DNA from: Parasitella parasitica NRRL 2501
Lineage: Eukaryota; Fungi; Mucoromycota
Direction: 5' to 3'
Length of the DNA stretch: 42,906 bases
Assembly (NCBI GenBank): GCA_025201805.1
Contig: MU619356.1
Location: 1-42,906 of the forward strand
Positions 12,441-26,100 of the stretch are shown here, piece by piece (the first letter of the stretch is position 1; the number at the start of each line of letters is the position of its first letter). The position numbers and the translations under genes were made by a program. Below the pieces are notes generated by a model. It saw nothing but the letters and a program-made list of their open reading frames with translations, had not been told where the DNA came from and did not search any database.

Positions 12441-13602
12441 GCAGAATAGAGATGTATACTTCCTCCATATGATTGATTGGTCGAGTCATGTATAATATCA
12501 GCATATGTCAAAAAACTACTATAGATAATTAAGTACGCGGAAAAATGCCGTCTACAAGCTCTGTTTGATAAGTCATTCCCGCATGTCCGATTACAAGCAG
12601 ATGAAATCGCATAGGAACCAGCTAAAGATTTCAATATAGCTATCCCATGTAAGATTTGTCAATAATTAACCATTGTTTGTGTACAGAAAGTTTAAATTGT
12701 CAGTTAGTCTGAGCTAATTGAGAGTAAATCAATATTGAGTGAAAGGTTTCTTGAGGCTGCAATGGCAACTTGGTCGGCTCCGATGGCAAAGTGTCATGGG
12801 AACCCATTTTTGTCATTGATTTCCACCGTGTTTTCAAGAGACATGGTCTTTACTTGCTGCTCAGTGATAAATTTTGAATTAGTCAAGTGTGGATTGCGAC
12901 CTATCAGCAAGCCTCGACATGATTCAAATATGGGTCCCTTTTCGTAAAGATAATGTCATACCAAATAGATTCTGCCATCCATAAAGACAACAGGAGCAGC
13001 AATAATTATTATCCTCGACGGCCCCCGCTGTTCGATACATAAGTTGCACTAAGGTCAAGTGCCACTCACAACTATCCAAGCCTTATCATTACTATCGAAG
13101 GTTTACTTTTTGCAATTTAGTGTAGCAAAGCTTCCAGAAAATACAGAGTGATAGATTATTTAATCAATTCCGATCGATTCGTTAGTAAAACATGTGGTTA
13201 CCAAACAGGCGTTCATGAAACGTGGGTTTCTATTTTCAGTGTCTTGGAAACTGCTTTATGTGAAAAATCCAAGCTTCTAAAGCTATATTATGACAATTTG
13301 CTTCTATGAGAGATAAAGTACGCTTGAAGTAACTAATAAGCCATGATTTCCAGTAAGATTATAGGTGATTCTATACGCCTGAGCATTTTTGCAATCAAGA
13401 AAAGGTCACTTTGAAGCTTTTTCTTCAAGTTTGCTATCAAGGCACAAGAGCGATAAATGAAATATGTATTACAAATGGAACCTCTGTATTCAAAGTGTAT
13501 TGGCTTTGTTACACAGTTGGTCTTGTACATCCTGACTATATAAAAGATTTTTCTCTCAAATGAAATGTCTCTATCTCTCTTTCGTTTTAGTCGATAATAA
13601 TA

Positions 13603-15025
13603 ATGGGCGTTAAGTTATCAACTTCAATAGCCAAGAAAAAGAGACGCATCACAAATTCATTACAGTCCCCAAGAAAGTCGTACAATGCAAACAGCATTGA
13701 TCTCCCTAGCATAAGGTCCTCATTAACGAATCCAGACTACAGTGAAAAGCAAGCAGCTCCAAGTATCAGCTCTATCACAGAGAGCACTTTTATGAGTGGA
13801 AGAAGATTTCACCATGTTGCTAATTCGGCATACTGGTTTCCCAATGATAATGAAGAAATGGACAGGCTAGTTGGGGTAAAGTGTGCTTTTTACATACTTT
13901 CAAAGAGACCAATTAAGTCTGATTTTTCATAAATAGCAACATTTTGCATTAAAGACACTATTTGGAGGGTATATTCTTGAAATAATTATTACTGAGTGAT
14001 TGTTAATACAGAGCAATACAATAGAAATATATCCAATACAATTTTACGAGGCATTGACATGGAGAATAGCAATACAGTAGTTCTAGATTTAGGTTGCGGA
14101 CCTGGTACCTGGCTGATGGTGTGTGTAAAAAGGTCGCATGTAATGAATTATAGAATTCTCTCACTCATACAGAATCATGGTAGGATGTTGCAACAGAGTA
14201 CCCATCAAGTCAGTTCATTGGTGTAGACATGTGCGACGTATTCCCAAACAACATTCGACCACCCAATGTTAGTTTTCAAAAAGGAAATGCCCTGGAAAGG
14301 TTGCCATTTTCAGACGGCACATTTGATTTTGTGAATATAAGGTTGTTCATCATTGCATTAAAAGGGGAAGAATGGCCTATTGTGATCCAGGAAGCATATA
14401 GAATATTAAAACCCGGCGGATATATTCAGGTCGTTGAATGTGGAATGCTTGTACGTATATGCCATTCTGCTTATCATTTGATGCTTACTGAATGCCTACG
14501 TTTAGGAGAGAGGAAACGAGTTTGTCAAGTATGTAGGAAAGATATGTGAGTAAATAACTCTTGAACACTTGTCTCCAACGATTATATTGAACACCCTATG
14601 CAAAATTCAGTCAAGCAAGTGATTGAGGGCCGGGGTCAAGAGCCTTATATTGCATTCAAATTGCAATCTTTACTAGAGAGCCAAATGTTTCAATTGGAGC
14701 ATTATGAAAATAAGGATGTGTTTCTAGGTATATAATTGGAATGTGTAAATTGGCATCAATTCTCAAATTTACTCACTGATTTATGTACCCAGGAAAGCCT
14801 GATCCACTAAGCAGAGAGTTCCTCTGGGACGCCTGTAATATACTCAAAAGTGCCCAACCAGTTTTGCAAGATCCACTAGGCTGCAATGCTGATAATTATC
14901 CCCAATTCTTGGACAAACTATACAGAGAACTTCAAAAGAAACCTGATGCCATGTGGTCGTTCTCAATTTGCGCTGGTAAAAAAAATAGCATGATAACGCA
15001 ATGTGGGGAAATGATCCCCACTTAA
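13603..15025 (+). CDS. Class I SAM-dependent methyltransferase (fungal LaeA-like/TAM-type family), about 7 exons
   Basis: GRRFHHVANSAYWFPNDNEEMDRLVG/QHFALK, SAM motif I VLDLGCGPGTWLM, GVDMCDVFP, LPFSDGTFDFVNIR, EAYRILKPGGYIQVVE. Exons join in frame across GT-AG introns. Confidence 0.88.
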
Positions 15026-15171
15026 AATCCCATGCCTATACAATTTCAAGCAAATTTTCATATGACGGTGGTTTAAAATAAAACTGGCTGGCTGGTTACG
15101 ATGCTTTAGTAACTCACAAACAACCTTCTTTTTTTCACGTTCTTTTTCTCTCTTTATATTTGAAAATTTCC

Positions 15172-16883
15172 ATGTTCACACTTACTCCTCAACTCTATGG
15201 AAAGATCAAGCATTTCGCAAATTTCCCACAAACTGGAGTTTCTCTACGACAAATGGTCATGTTTGGTAAACAGAAATTGACACAAACTAAATGTTCAAAA
15301 GACTCAACATTTTACATGTGCAAAAAGGCCAAAAGCCTTCTCCTGCCACATTTTTCAAAGCGAGCCAGTTTTTACATGGTAAAATACATGCATTATATCT
15401 CCTTGACATGCCCTACATACATATATATAAAATAAAATAAAAAGAGGTCTAATTTATGAATAGAGGAATTACCCATTCGTTTAGCACACCGTGTCAAGGA
15501 ATTGGACGAATTACCTCGAAGCTTAGGTGACATGCCGTCCATTGTCAAAGTCAAGAACTGGTATGCTCAATCATTCCAGGTAACTTTTTTTCTCTTTTTT
15601 TGCGACTGTGGGAGAGTGTGATGTTCAATTTGTTTTTATTTCACTTTATTTAGGAATTAATAGAGCTGCCAACACCAGAAATCACATCAGAACTCAAAGC
15701 CTCCTTTCGAGACGCCGCAAAAAATTCTCAGTCCTTGCCTCAAAGCACACCTAACCTAGCTCTTCCACAATCAAAACCAACCGGAAAATACTACCCAACA
15801 ATAGGGCATCGATATTTCAACAACTTTGAAAACATAAAATGCACGCCAGCTATCTTATCTTACACAGAATCGTTTGTGAAAGCCATAGAGGCCGTGAAAA
15901 GAAGACACGATCCTGTAGTAACAACAATGGCCCAAGGTATTCTGGAATATAAGCAGCACCGAAAGACAAGCATAATTGATTCAGACGTCCAACAGTTTTT
16001 GGACCGCTTCTACATGTCTAGAATCGGTATTCGAATGTTGATCGGCCAACATTCAGCTCTATACCGTGGCCCTTTTATGCGAAATTATGTGGGTGTCATA
16101 TGCACTAGAACAAACATTAAGGATATCGCTCAGGATGCAATTGCAAATGCTCGGTTCATTTGTGAGGATTACTATGGCCTATTTAGAGCTCCCGAAGTTA
16201 AAATGTTTTGTCCGGGTGACATTGAATTCATGTACGTTCCATCTCATTTGAATCATATGGTGTTTGAGCTGCTCAAGAATTCACTACGTGCTGTGGTCGA
16301 GAGATTCGGTCCAGACTATGAAGACGAATACCCTCCTATAAAGCTAGTAATTGCTCATGGTAAAGAGGTGAGATTTCGCATCTAAAACCAATTCTTTCAA
16401 CTTACCAACTTGGACCATGCAAGGATATCACCATAAAGATTTCAGATGAAGGTGGGGGATTACCCCGCTCTGGAATTCCAGTAGTCTGGACATACATGGT
16501 ACAGTGCACAGGTCTATACAGTATGCACAAACTAATTCGCTCAAATTAGTACACAACAGCCCAAGCACAGGAACTAGAGCCTGAATTCAACAAATCAGAA
16601 TTCAAAGCACCTATGGCTGGCTTTGGCTATGGCTTGCCTATCTCAAGATTAGTAAATATCATGCAATTTATAGTAAAAAACAACAACCGTGTCTAACAAA
16701 AAAATTCAACAGTATGCAAGGTATTTTGGTGGTGATTTGAAGCTGATATCGATGGAAGGGTATGAGTGTTCAGATCGCACGAGCATATTTAGATTATTGA
16801 CCACTTTCACACCTAGGTATGGAACTGATGCATACCTTCATTTAAACCGTCTTTCAAACAGTGACGAGCCACTCATCATGTAA
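15172..16883 (+). CDS. Mitochondrial alpha-ketoacid (pyruvate) dehydrogenase kinase, multi-exon
   Basis: PQTGVSLRQMVMFG, EELPIRLAHRVKEL, VKNWYAQSF, FLDRFYMSRIGIRMLIGQH, ELLKNSLRA (N box), ISDEGGGIPR (G1), [23 protein letters not shown] (G2), SMEGYGTDAYLHL. Confidence 0.93.
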
Positions 16884-17649
16884 ATTATAAAATACGTGTC
16901 ATTAAGGATTGCTTAAACGTGATAAATCCATACATAAAAGCATAAACAAGTATATAAATTTCATTTTAAGCGCTGTTTTCTTAACAAAGATATGTGTCGC
17001 TACAGTATTGAGCACTAAAATAGTCAGTGTGTATGGAATGGCTGGCCATTGCGAAAATTTGACAAGTTGATAAACACTAAATTTGGCGTTAAGCTTTCCA
17101 GACGAGACATGGGGCACTCAAATACGGCGCTTCTAATATCAATTTTACCAAATGTTGGCAATTGTGTGAAGTTGAATTTCCCAGTAATACAAATTAGTTT
17201 GACCAAACTTTTGTGGTTAAATAGATTCTTTATTCAAGCACTTGGGAAAAGCATTGATAGAATGCTGGATAAAATTCTATAAATGTTCAACGGGAACATC
17301 TTCAAACTCATGTAGTAAGAGATTTAAGTGCGTTAATATGTAAAGTCGATAGTATAAGATAGTGAAAAATGCAAATAAGAGTATAGAGATTCATGTTGGA
17401 TTTGCTTAGGAAGTGTGGCTCTGAATTACAATATCCATTACCCCGCTCTTCTACCTGCTCTTCTCATACCACTTTGCCCTATTACGAAAATGCTCATAAA
17501 AGGCCAAGCGATTTGTATTTTTTTCCATATTGATTATACCGAGGAAAGCGCTAAAATCTATAGAAAAAAAAAATCAAAGAACTTAAAGACTCTGAACTAT
17601 GCTGGAACGTCAAAGAACAAGAACCAATTTCAATCATAACAAATAGAAC

Positions 17650-18320
17650 CAGATATGATCCATTGACTCACCAGAAGTACCTTAATGAAAGCCCTGTAGA
17701 AAAAATTGAGTTAGTTATCGAAGCACACGTTAAACGAAGTTTATTGTCCATCTCCACCAAAGAACGATGAAATTTATTTGAAGAGAACGAATTTAGTCAA
17801 GACTTGTACCACTGTTTTCCATGAAAAGAGCAACACAGTCATTTGCAGACTAGTCCCTCAATCATACAAGCAAAAGTATGAAGCGATTTTACATTCGGAT
17901 ATTCCCCCCCAGCATCAATAGTATCAATACCATTGACAAAAACACTGACACCAATACCATTGACAATAATGCCAATACCAATACCGCCAACATTGGCAGT
18001 AGCAGCAACACCAACACCAACACCAACACTAATCGCAATTGGAGGTACATGAAACAACAACTGTCCAATTTAAATAAAGACGAACCAATTCCATGGGAAC
18101 CTATTTACGATGATGGTCTGGTACTTGGGTTGTTTTTAAACTATACGAAATGGAGAACAACAAAGTCTACCTACTATAGATGGAAGAAATCCCAAAAATA
18201 TACAATAAAAGGAAAAGGTAATGTACTTGCATTTACCCAAGTTATCTGTAAAAACTGGGAAATTCAACTGCAAACAATCGGCCGGAAGCACAGTTCACAG
18301 GCTGAATTAGTAGATTAATT
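17650..18320 (+). pseudogene. Frameshifted coding remnant of unknown family with an Asn-Thr low-complexity repeat
   Basis: An open frame from about 17720 (KHTLNEVYCPSPPKNDEIYLKRTN...YEAILHSDIPP) would join ORF 17878-18318 if the C7 run at 17904-17910 were C6. (AACACC)n-type repeats at 17940-18033. Confidence 0.3.
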
Positions 18321-19094
18321 ATACATGTAACGAATCCTATACCAAATTCAGAAGTTCCATGTTGTGTCCAATGAATGGTTGCATTAAAACTGTGTAATAT
18401 TTTAACCAGTAATTGATTTGAATAACGTGTGAGATAAGACGTGCTATTGATGGGGGATAGGTATAAATTAAAGCAATATAGTTTAATATGAATGAAAACA
18501 TTTCAATTGAGGTTGCACAAATGTATGAGACATCCGCGGGGATCCTCGTTTTGATTACAAAGAAAAAGAAGGGTTACTTTCACTAATAAATAAAAAGAAG
18601 TTGATGTGGGTATTGTTAGGTGTGCTCAAACAGTTCCACTAGAGGAATACCTGCATAATGGGGTTTAACAAGATCAAAGTCTTTTAGCAATACAAATAAC
18701 GCGAGACAAAGTGTTGAATTTTGTAAGGATCTACCATACACCTTGCATTGTCACTTGGATATATGGCATTTCGACTTGCAGACTCTAGTTTCCCAGTTTC
18801 AATGGGAATTTGCCATAGTTAAAATAAGTGCTTGTAAGTAGCTGGATACTTGTTCAGTACAACCTGAACATCACGGGACATAATCAATACATATTTTCAG
18901 TGAAAAAAGTTTCAGCTTTTCACCATCAACTTGAGATGTTGCGCTTGTGCGAGCCTTTGTAAGACCGGGAAATGTTGTATTTAACTTACCCGCTCAACCG
19001 CTCATGATATACGCAGTTAATACATCATCGTATGAATACGGTATACTTGAATTATGTACATTGATTGTGCTGCATATTTATACATCAGAAAAAA

Positions 19095-19120
19095 TATAAA
19101 TACCCACAAGAGGAAATCGT

Positions 19121-19174
<54 letters not shown>
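19095..19174 (+). promoter_or_regulatory. TATA box followed by a long poly-T tract upstream of the alpha-glucosidase
   Basis: tataaa near 19095, about 50 consecutive T at 19122-19174, ATG at 19209. Confidence 0.5.
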
Positions 19175-19178
<4 letters not shown>

Positions 19179-19208
19179 ATTCACCTCCTTGTCCAATTAC
19201 ATACTCTA

Positions 19209-22200
19209 ATGACAAAAGTTTCATTCATCTTTGTCGCTATTGCTTTGATCTCAGGGCAAGTCCTCTGTCAAACTGAGGCTACTTACGGTAAGGTTATTAA
19301 AATTGTATAATTAGATATACATTACTGATATCTTGGCACAATAACAGCTGTGAGCCCTTCTGCTCCTGGCTACAAGATTAAGGGACATGTCAAGAACACT
19401 GAAGCTGGTTTTCAAATCCCTCTAAGCTTCAATTCCAATGGAAACAAGAAAACTGGTGTTGATACATTTGGTAGAACCATCAAAGATCTTGTTGTCGATG
19501 TTGAATACGAAACTGAAGAGAGACTTCATGTCAAGGTGAGCGTGAAATTTTTAAGGTTTATGAGGATCAACTAACTCTGCCAACCAGATCTCTGATAAAG
19601 CCAATAAGCAACATCTCGTTCCTGACAGTCCCCTGGGGTTTGAACGTCCTCAACTCAAACACTATGCCTCTTCTAAGAATGGGAACTTGGACTTCGTTTA
19701 TACTGCGAAACCCTTCAGTTTTAAAGTTGTCCGCAAGAGTGATAAGGTTGCCATCTTTGATACTTCCAACTTGCCATTGGTTTTCGAAGATCAATATCTG
19801 GAATTATCCACTAAAGTCCCTAAAGATGCTAACATCTATGGTTTTGGTGAGGTGACCGCTCCATTCAAGCGCACCACTGTAAGGAATCTTTATTCATATC
19901 TGGCAACCACACCTAAACTAACCATTACCTGTTAGAATGTAACAACTCTTTGGGCTCGTGATAACGCTGACGAGTAAGCATGCTTTCGAGAGCTTTTAAA
20001 TCAACTTTACTAACAGGTTCTCTGACAACACAGTTTCTATCGCAACATCTATGGAGCTCATCCTTACTACCAAGAGGTACGTGACGGAAAGGCTCATGGT
20101 GCTCTCTTGATGTCTTCTCATGGCATGGATATTATTACTACCGAAGGTCGTATCACCTACAAAGTTATTGGAGGTATCCTTGATTTTTACTTTTTTGCAC
20201 CCAAGTCTGGTACCCCCAATGATCTTAGCATCGCTTACACCGATCTAATCGGTAAACCTATGATGCCTTCCCACTGGATGCTTGGCTGGCATCACTGTCG
20301 TTATGGTTACAAGAATATCTCATCCGTTGAAACCGTTGTCAAGAAATACAAGGAAGCCAATATCCCTCGTAAGTCGAAAATAAACTCACTTGCATCAAAT
20401 ATATTTAATAACAGCTTCGTGTACGTTATAACATACAGTTCAAACTGCTTGGGTAAGACCAAATAAATCAAGAGCCAGTGTTTTTTTTTTTCATGGCTAT
20501 TCAAAGCTAACATCATAATCATTTAGGTTGACATTGACTACATGGATCAAACCAAAGATTTCACATTTGATAATGTCAATTTTCCTCAGGATAAAATGAT
20601 TGCTCTAGGCAAACAACTCCATAAAAATGACCAACACTATGTCGTTATGGTTGACCCCGCTATCAGTGCCAACACTACTTATGAGCCTTATGTCAGAGGT
20701 ACAGAGATGGACGTTTGGATCAAGAATGCTGATGGCACAGACTTTATCGGTCAAGTGTGGCCAGGTTTCACCACTTTCCCTGATTGGTGGCATCCTAATG
20801 CTACTGAATACTGGTCCAAGGAGATCATCGATTTCGTCAACTTGCTTGGTGTGGATGGTCTTTGGGTTGGTAAGTATTTCCCATAGGATATGACATATAA
20901 TGCTTTTAACATTTATATAATCTAGACATGAATGAACCTGCCAGCTTCTGTCTTGGCTCCTGTGGCACTGGCAAGATCGATGCTGGTAATCAGCAGTATC
21001 GTTGGACTTACACTGAGGAAGAGCAAGCTCAAAACCACACTCGTTGGGAGAAAGACTTGATCAAGATGGGCAATCCTCCTGGTGAGGAACGTAACCTGTT
21101 GTATCCCAAGTATGCTATCAACAATGGTGGCGGTAATCTATCAGAGTTTACGGTTGCTACCACTGCTCTTCACTATGGCGATATTCCTCATTACGATATC
21201 CACAACCTTTACGGCCATGCCGAAGGCTATATCACTCGAAATGCTCTTATCAAGCGAAGCAAAAAAGTTCGGCCGTTTGTCTTGACTAGATCTAGCTTTG
21301 TTGGCAGCGGTAAGAACGTAGGTCACTGGACCGGTGATAACCACTCTTTCTGGTCGTACCTCAAGAACTCGTTGGCCAATGTTCTTAATTTCCAAATGTT
21401 TGGTGTTTCCTTCTCGGGCGCTGATGTCTGTGGATTCAACGATGACACCACAGAAGAATTATGTACCCGTTGGATGGAAATCGGTGCTTTCTATCCCTTT
21501 GCTCGTAACCATAATAACAATGCCGCTGTAGACCAAGAGCCCTATCTTTGGGAAAGCACTGCTGAAGCCAGTCGTATTGCTATCAACGCTCGTTACACCC
21601 TGCTTCCCTACTTTTATACTCTATTCGAAGAGTCTAACCGTTTGGGTACTGGTGTATGGCGCCCTCTTATCTTTGAATATCCTGCGTACGAGGAATTATC
21701 TGCTAATGATGTCCAAACCTTGGTTGGCTCTGACATTTTGTTGTCCCCTGTTCTTGATGAAGGCGAAACAACTGTCAAAGCTCAGTTCCCTGGTGGCACT
21801 TGGTACGATTGGTACACTCACGAAGTAACTGTTGATAACAAGAGCAAGGCTAAGGTCAAGACTGTTACTTTGGATGCTCCTCTTACTCACATCCCTATTC
21901 ACATCCGTGGTGGAGCTATTGTTCCTACCAAGAGTCCCAAGTATACTGTTAGCGAAACATATTCCACCCCTTACAGCCTCATCATTGCCCTTGATGACAA
22001 GAATCAAGCTACGGGTAGACTCTACATCGATGACGGCGAATCTTTGAATGTGGACTCTAGTTCTGATATCACCTTTACTTACAAGAACGGTAAACTCGAG
22101 GCTTCTGGCAAGTTTGATTACAAGAAGGCTGAAAAGATTGGTTCCATTACTATCATTGGCAAGGCTGCATCCAAGTTGGAAAGCGCTCGTGTTGGCAAGA

Positions 22201-22292
22201 AATCTACCAAACTGACCCGTAGCAATAACAGTGTTACCCTTGAAGATTTATCTATTGGTTTGGACAAATCCTTTGATATTCAATTCAAGTAA
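19209..22292 (+). CDS. Secreted alpha-glucosidase, glycoside hydrolase family 31, multi-exon
   Basis: Signal peptide MTKVSFIFVAIALISGQVLC. Motifs GWHHCRYGY, W/VDIDYM, nucleophile GLWV/DMNEPASF, HNLYGH, RPFVLTRS, acid-base HWTGDN, GADVCGF, GAFYPFARNHN. Closely resembles Mucor javanicus alpha-glucosidase (from recall). Confidence 0.97.
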
Positions 22293-23117
22293 AATGTCTA
22301 TAGCACGTCGTTGCAGACGGTAGTCGAATACTCGCATTTATTCGCTCTTGTAATAATTTTGACATCAATTTTAGACATTTTTGAAATAAACTATATTTAC
22401 AACGTAGAATAGACATCTTGCCAAGTGGGGTAAGATGTCTATCCAACACTGTAAGCTAAAAAAAAAAAAAAAAAAAAAATCTTGCTCATTTGAAAACAAA
22501 ACTAAATTACTTATAAAACGTATTTAGCTATGGTCGAAACAGATGAAGGTTGCAATCTACCTTTTTTTTTGTTTTGTTTTTTTTACTGGGAAACCTGGAG
22601 CAGGCCTCATTAGCAAAATGTTAACGATCCAAAAATAATGAACATGATTGTTCGCTCTCTAGTTGGTATAGTGTATCAATAGTCTTTATTGTTCGTTTAA
22701 AAATACTGTACTTATGTAATATATAAGCTATTTGCCCAACGGCCAGACTGAATGGGCTGGCGGTGGTTGATGAGATGTCAATAGAATCGTTACTAGGGCA
22801 GCCAAAGTATTGTGGTTTGGTCTTTTGCCATTGTCTCTGCTGATTAGCTTTGCAAAAATAAATGGAATGTGGTTTTATCAAGGAACCCTATGTGACCTTC
22901 TGCTAGGTTGGTCTAGTTATCTGTCATTATCAACGTCCTATAAACGTTTAGCTTTGCCAATAAATATTCCTGGAGACATAGAAGTTGCTTTACTTGATTG
23001 AAAAAACTAAAACAATAATGACCACGAACAAAGCTTCTGCATGTGGTATAACTGTATATATACATTATAGTGGATTGGTACGATGGCATTTTATATATAT
23101 ATATAAATATACAAGTA

Positions 23118-26100
23118 TCAGGCCATGGCACTGGAGCCCAATCCAGTTAATCCAATTTGAAAGACATTAAAACAGTTTTTGGCCTGATAAAATGAAGACC
23201 CCTTATTAAGAGGCTCTTAGCTCAAACTGCATATAACAAAAGGGTTGTGATCCCAGTGAATTTCGTCATTTAAGCTTTTTAAAATATTGTAATTGTGCCC
23301 TGATCAATTTAACCTCAACATCAATCTTCTTGGGAGGCAGCAACTCTAATAAACCCGTGTTAAACTGATCCGCTATATTAGATCCTTCCCACTTGAAAGT
23401 TTGTTCAGCAGTTTGAGGAAGAGACAGCTACAAACGGGACATTTGTAATAGGAGATGGGTGGAGTGAGCCGCTAATTCCAATGCGCGTTTTGTGCTATAT
23501 GGATTGCTCGCTCGAACAGATCGACGCTGTTTTTCTATGATAGCCAGGCCCAAGGCATACTCACGGCATATTTGGGTCAGTTGATTGACCTTATCTGCAT
23601 GAACTTTTTTTGAAAACGATGGTAAACAAAAGATATTGTGGTACAGTCTTGAACTGCGTGGCACTGGTGGGTAATTTCCGCCTGTAAAGTATCTGTATGC
23701 AAGTTGCAGCTGCACTGTCGCAAGGCGTTGCAGGGTGTAGGTAACTATCGGAAGACTATTTTTGGGAGTAGTTGTATCAGGACAACAGATTGTGATGGAT
23801 TGGCTGCTTTAGATAGAACCACAATATGAGATGTTTGGTAAACAACAAAATGCGTCCTGAGCAGACTAAAATCAACAACACCAATCTAGCGATTGAGAAT
23901 CTGTAGCGTTCGGATCAGCATGCGTATGATTATGAATTCACTGTTTGCAGTTGTTTCAATTTCAAAATATGGGAGTTTTTTTTTTTAAAAAAAAAAGCCG
24001 TTTGTACCAACATGTGTAATTGTAGAGTATTCGTCGTTTGTAGTAGTAATTGTTACGAGCGAGAGCTGAAAACAAGAATACAGAATTTTTGATTAAAATG
24101 CCCAAGTAGATAAATAATTGTCCATTGCAATAAAACTTTTCATCAAAAATGTCATTTACTGTACATTTATCGAGTTTACCTCCTATGTGTGTCGCTCACT
24201 TTGGTATCATCGATATACATATCACATACTACTTTCCTTTTGTTATGCATAGGATATTGTTTATTATAACTGCAATGCCTTGTAAAATATAGTTCGTCTC
24301 TTAATATGTCATCAGACTTACAAGTCTTTCACTGCGCGGTATTTTTCGTATGCCATAAATGTCATGGACAACTGGCAAAAGAGCAATTGCTATTTCAAGT
24401 AAAAATGCATACGTGATGAGTCTGGGAGCTGAATATCATCACCTTCAATTAAAAAAAACGCCTGCATTACTGTTTCAAAAGAACCAGCCGAGATGTGATT
24501 TGCAGTTAAACAAGTTGCTTTAACCCATAGAGTAGCATTAGTAATTTCAGTAATGATACCAATAGAGGTACCTATCATTGTCATCATCACTGTAGCCGCC
24601 AAGGTGATCTACAGCAGCATCCAGCAGTAGATCAATCTCCCGCTTTTCTCGTGATGAGATTCTTTGAAATGTCGCCGTCATGTTCAACTCCCCAAGCGCC
24701 TCCCCCCCCCCCCATCCCCCCTGCTCCCTCGATATTATCAATTCCCTCATCAATAGTCGAATGCTGGAACAGATTTAGCCGCGTTATTTTGATTCTTTTA
24801 TTTGCGGCAAATACGCCTCTAAAAAAAACTTTTTGACACAGTTAACGGTTGCCAATTGTGGTCTCGTAAGGGCGAAACCATATTATAATAGACTAGATGA
24901 GTCGCTGTTGCTACATGTCTGCTCAGGCACATTATCAGCTTGTTCTGTTATCCCAGCTGCTGTTGCTTGAAACGGTCGTGCTTCTTTTGTACAGGCCATG
25001 CAATTTTTGCTGTCATGTCGGCCATCTAGATCTATCCCAGAGCTACTGGCGTTTTAAAATCGGGATATTGGATCGACACGCAGCTGAGAAATCTTGATCA
25101 TTCTACGCAAATTGGTCTTGTTACCAGCAGGCAGATAAACGAACGAAAAGGGCGATCATAGTTTTTGGTGCGCTGGTGTGTGAGTCGCACCATTTTAAAG
25201 TTGCCATATGCCCCCAATGCTTCAGACCCACGACGCTTTTTTTTTTTTGGCTCTCTTTTGGGCTCAGATTTTGTGCACGTTCCAGGGCAACGTACAAATT
25301 TTCGCATTCATAGGCCAACTCAAAATCGGGCACTATGATCAAGCAGAGCTGTTTCCGGATATCCCTTTTTGTTGCAGATACGCCAATGTTGGCCTGATTT
25401 TGCCAGACTGGAATTGCGAATGATACAAATCACTTGGTCTTTGGAATATTTACGTTTGTGGCAAAGCGTATTTGATACGAGTCAATGTACAGTAAGGAAT
25501 ACGCCTGATTTCGTGCCAAACATCACTTTTGATACGAACTGTTTCATAAAGTCGTCCAATCTGTTTCAAGTCTTTATCAAACAAAGAATTTATCGTGTAT
25601 TTCACTCAAGCCCGCTGCCACTGACTAAACCGCATGCATGGTATTAAGCGACTGGTACTTTTTTTCAGAGATGTGCTTCTACCGAATATCAATCAGAATA
25701 ACATCTGTTGCGTTCGTCAAGAGGAGAGACTTTATTCCAGCATAGAGAATATCAGGGGCACTCGCTGCAGGCGTCTTGATTGATTTGGTTACGAATCCCG
25801 GCTTTTGATCTGTGGGTGTGCTTTGTCAAAAGCGGCAAACCCAGTTGCGGCTTGCAAGACGGTTGAATGCACTAAATCTTCAACTTACGGGTATTCAATA
25901 GCTTTTTGACCAGCAGATCGTTTACTGACTGACATCTTGAAAGTCGATTGGGTTTTACTAGCTGGAAAAGTAAAATCGATTGCAATCTCATTTGACTGAG
26001 GAAACTGTTACCCTTTATGGTGAGCTCGCAGATACGGGTTGCCTTGTCTTCATCCTGACATTGTTGGATGCCATACAGCAGCTTCGTTGTCTAGAGGATA

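Noticed and set aside
13603-22292. Methyltransferase, kinase and glucosidase as a biosynthetic cluster
   Set aside because: Unrelated functions and no backbone synthase.
22730-22770. PNGQTEWAGG, resembling the GH16 Crh 'EWAGG' motif
   Set aside because: Too short, followed by stops, and with no flanking support.
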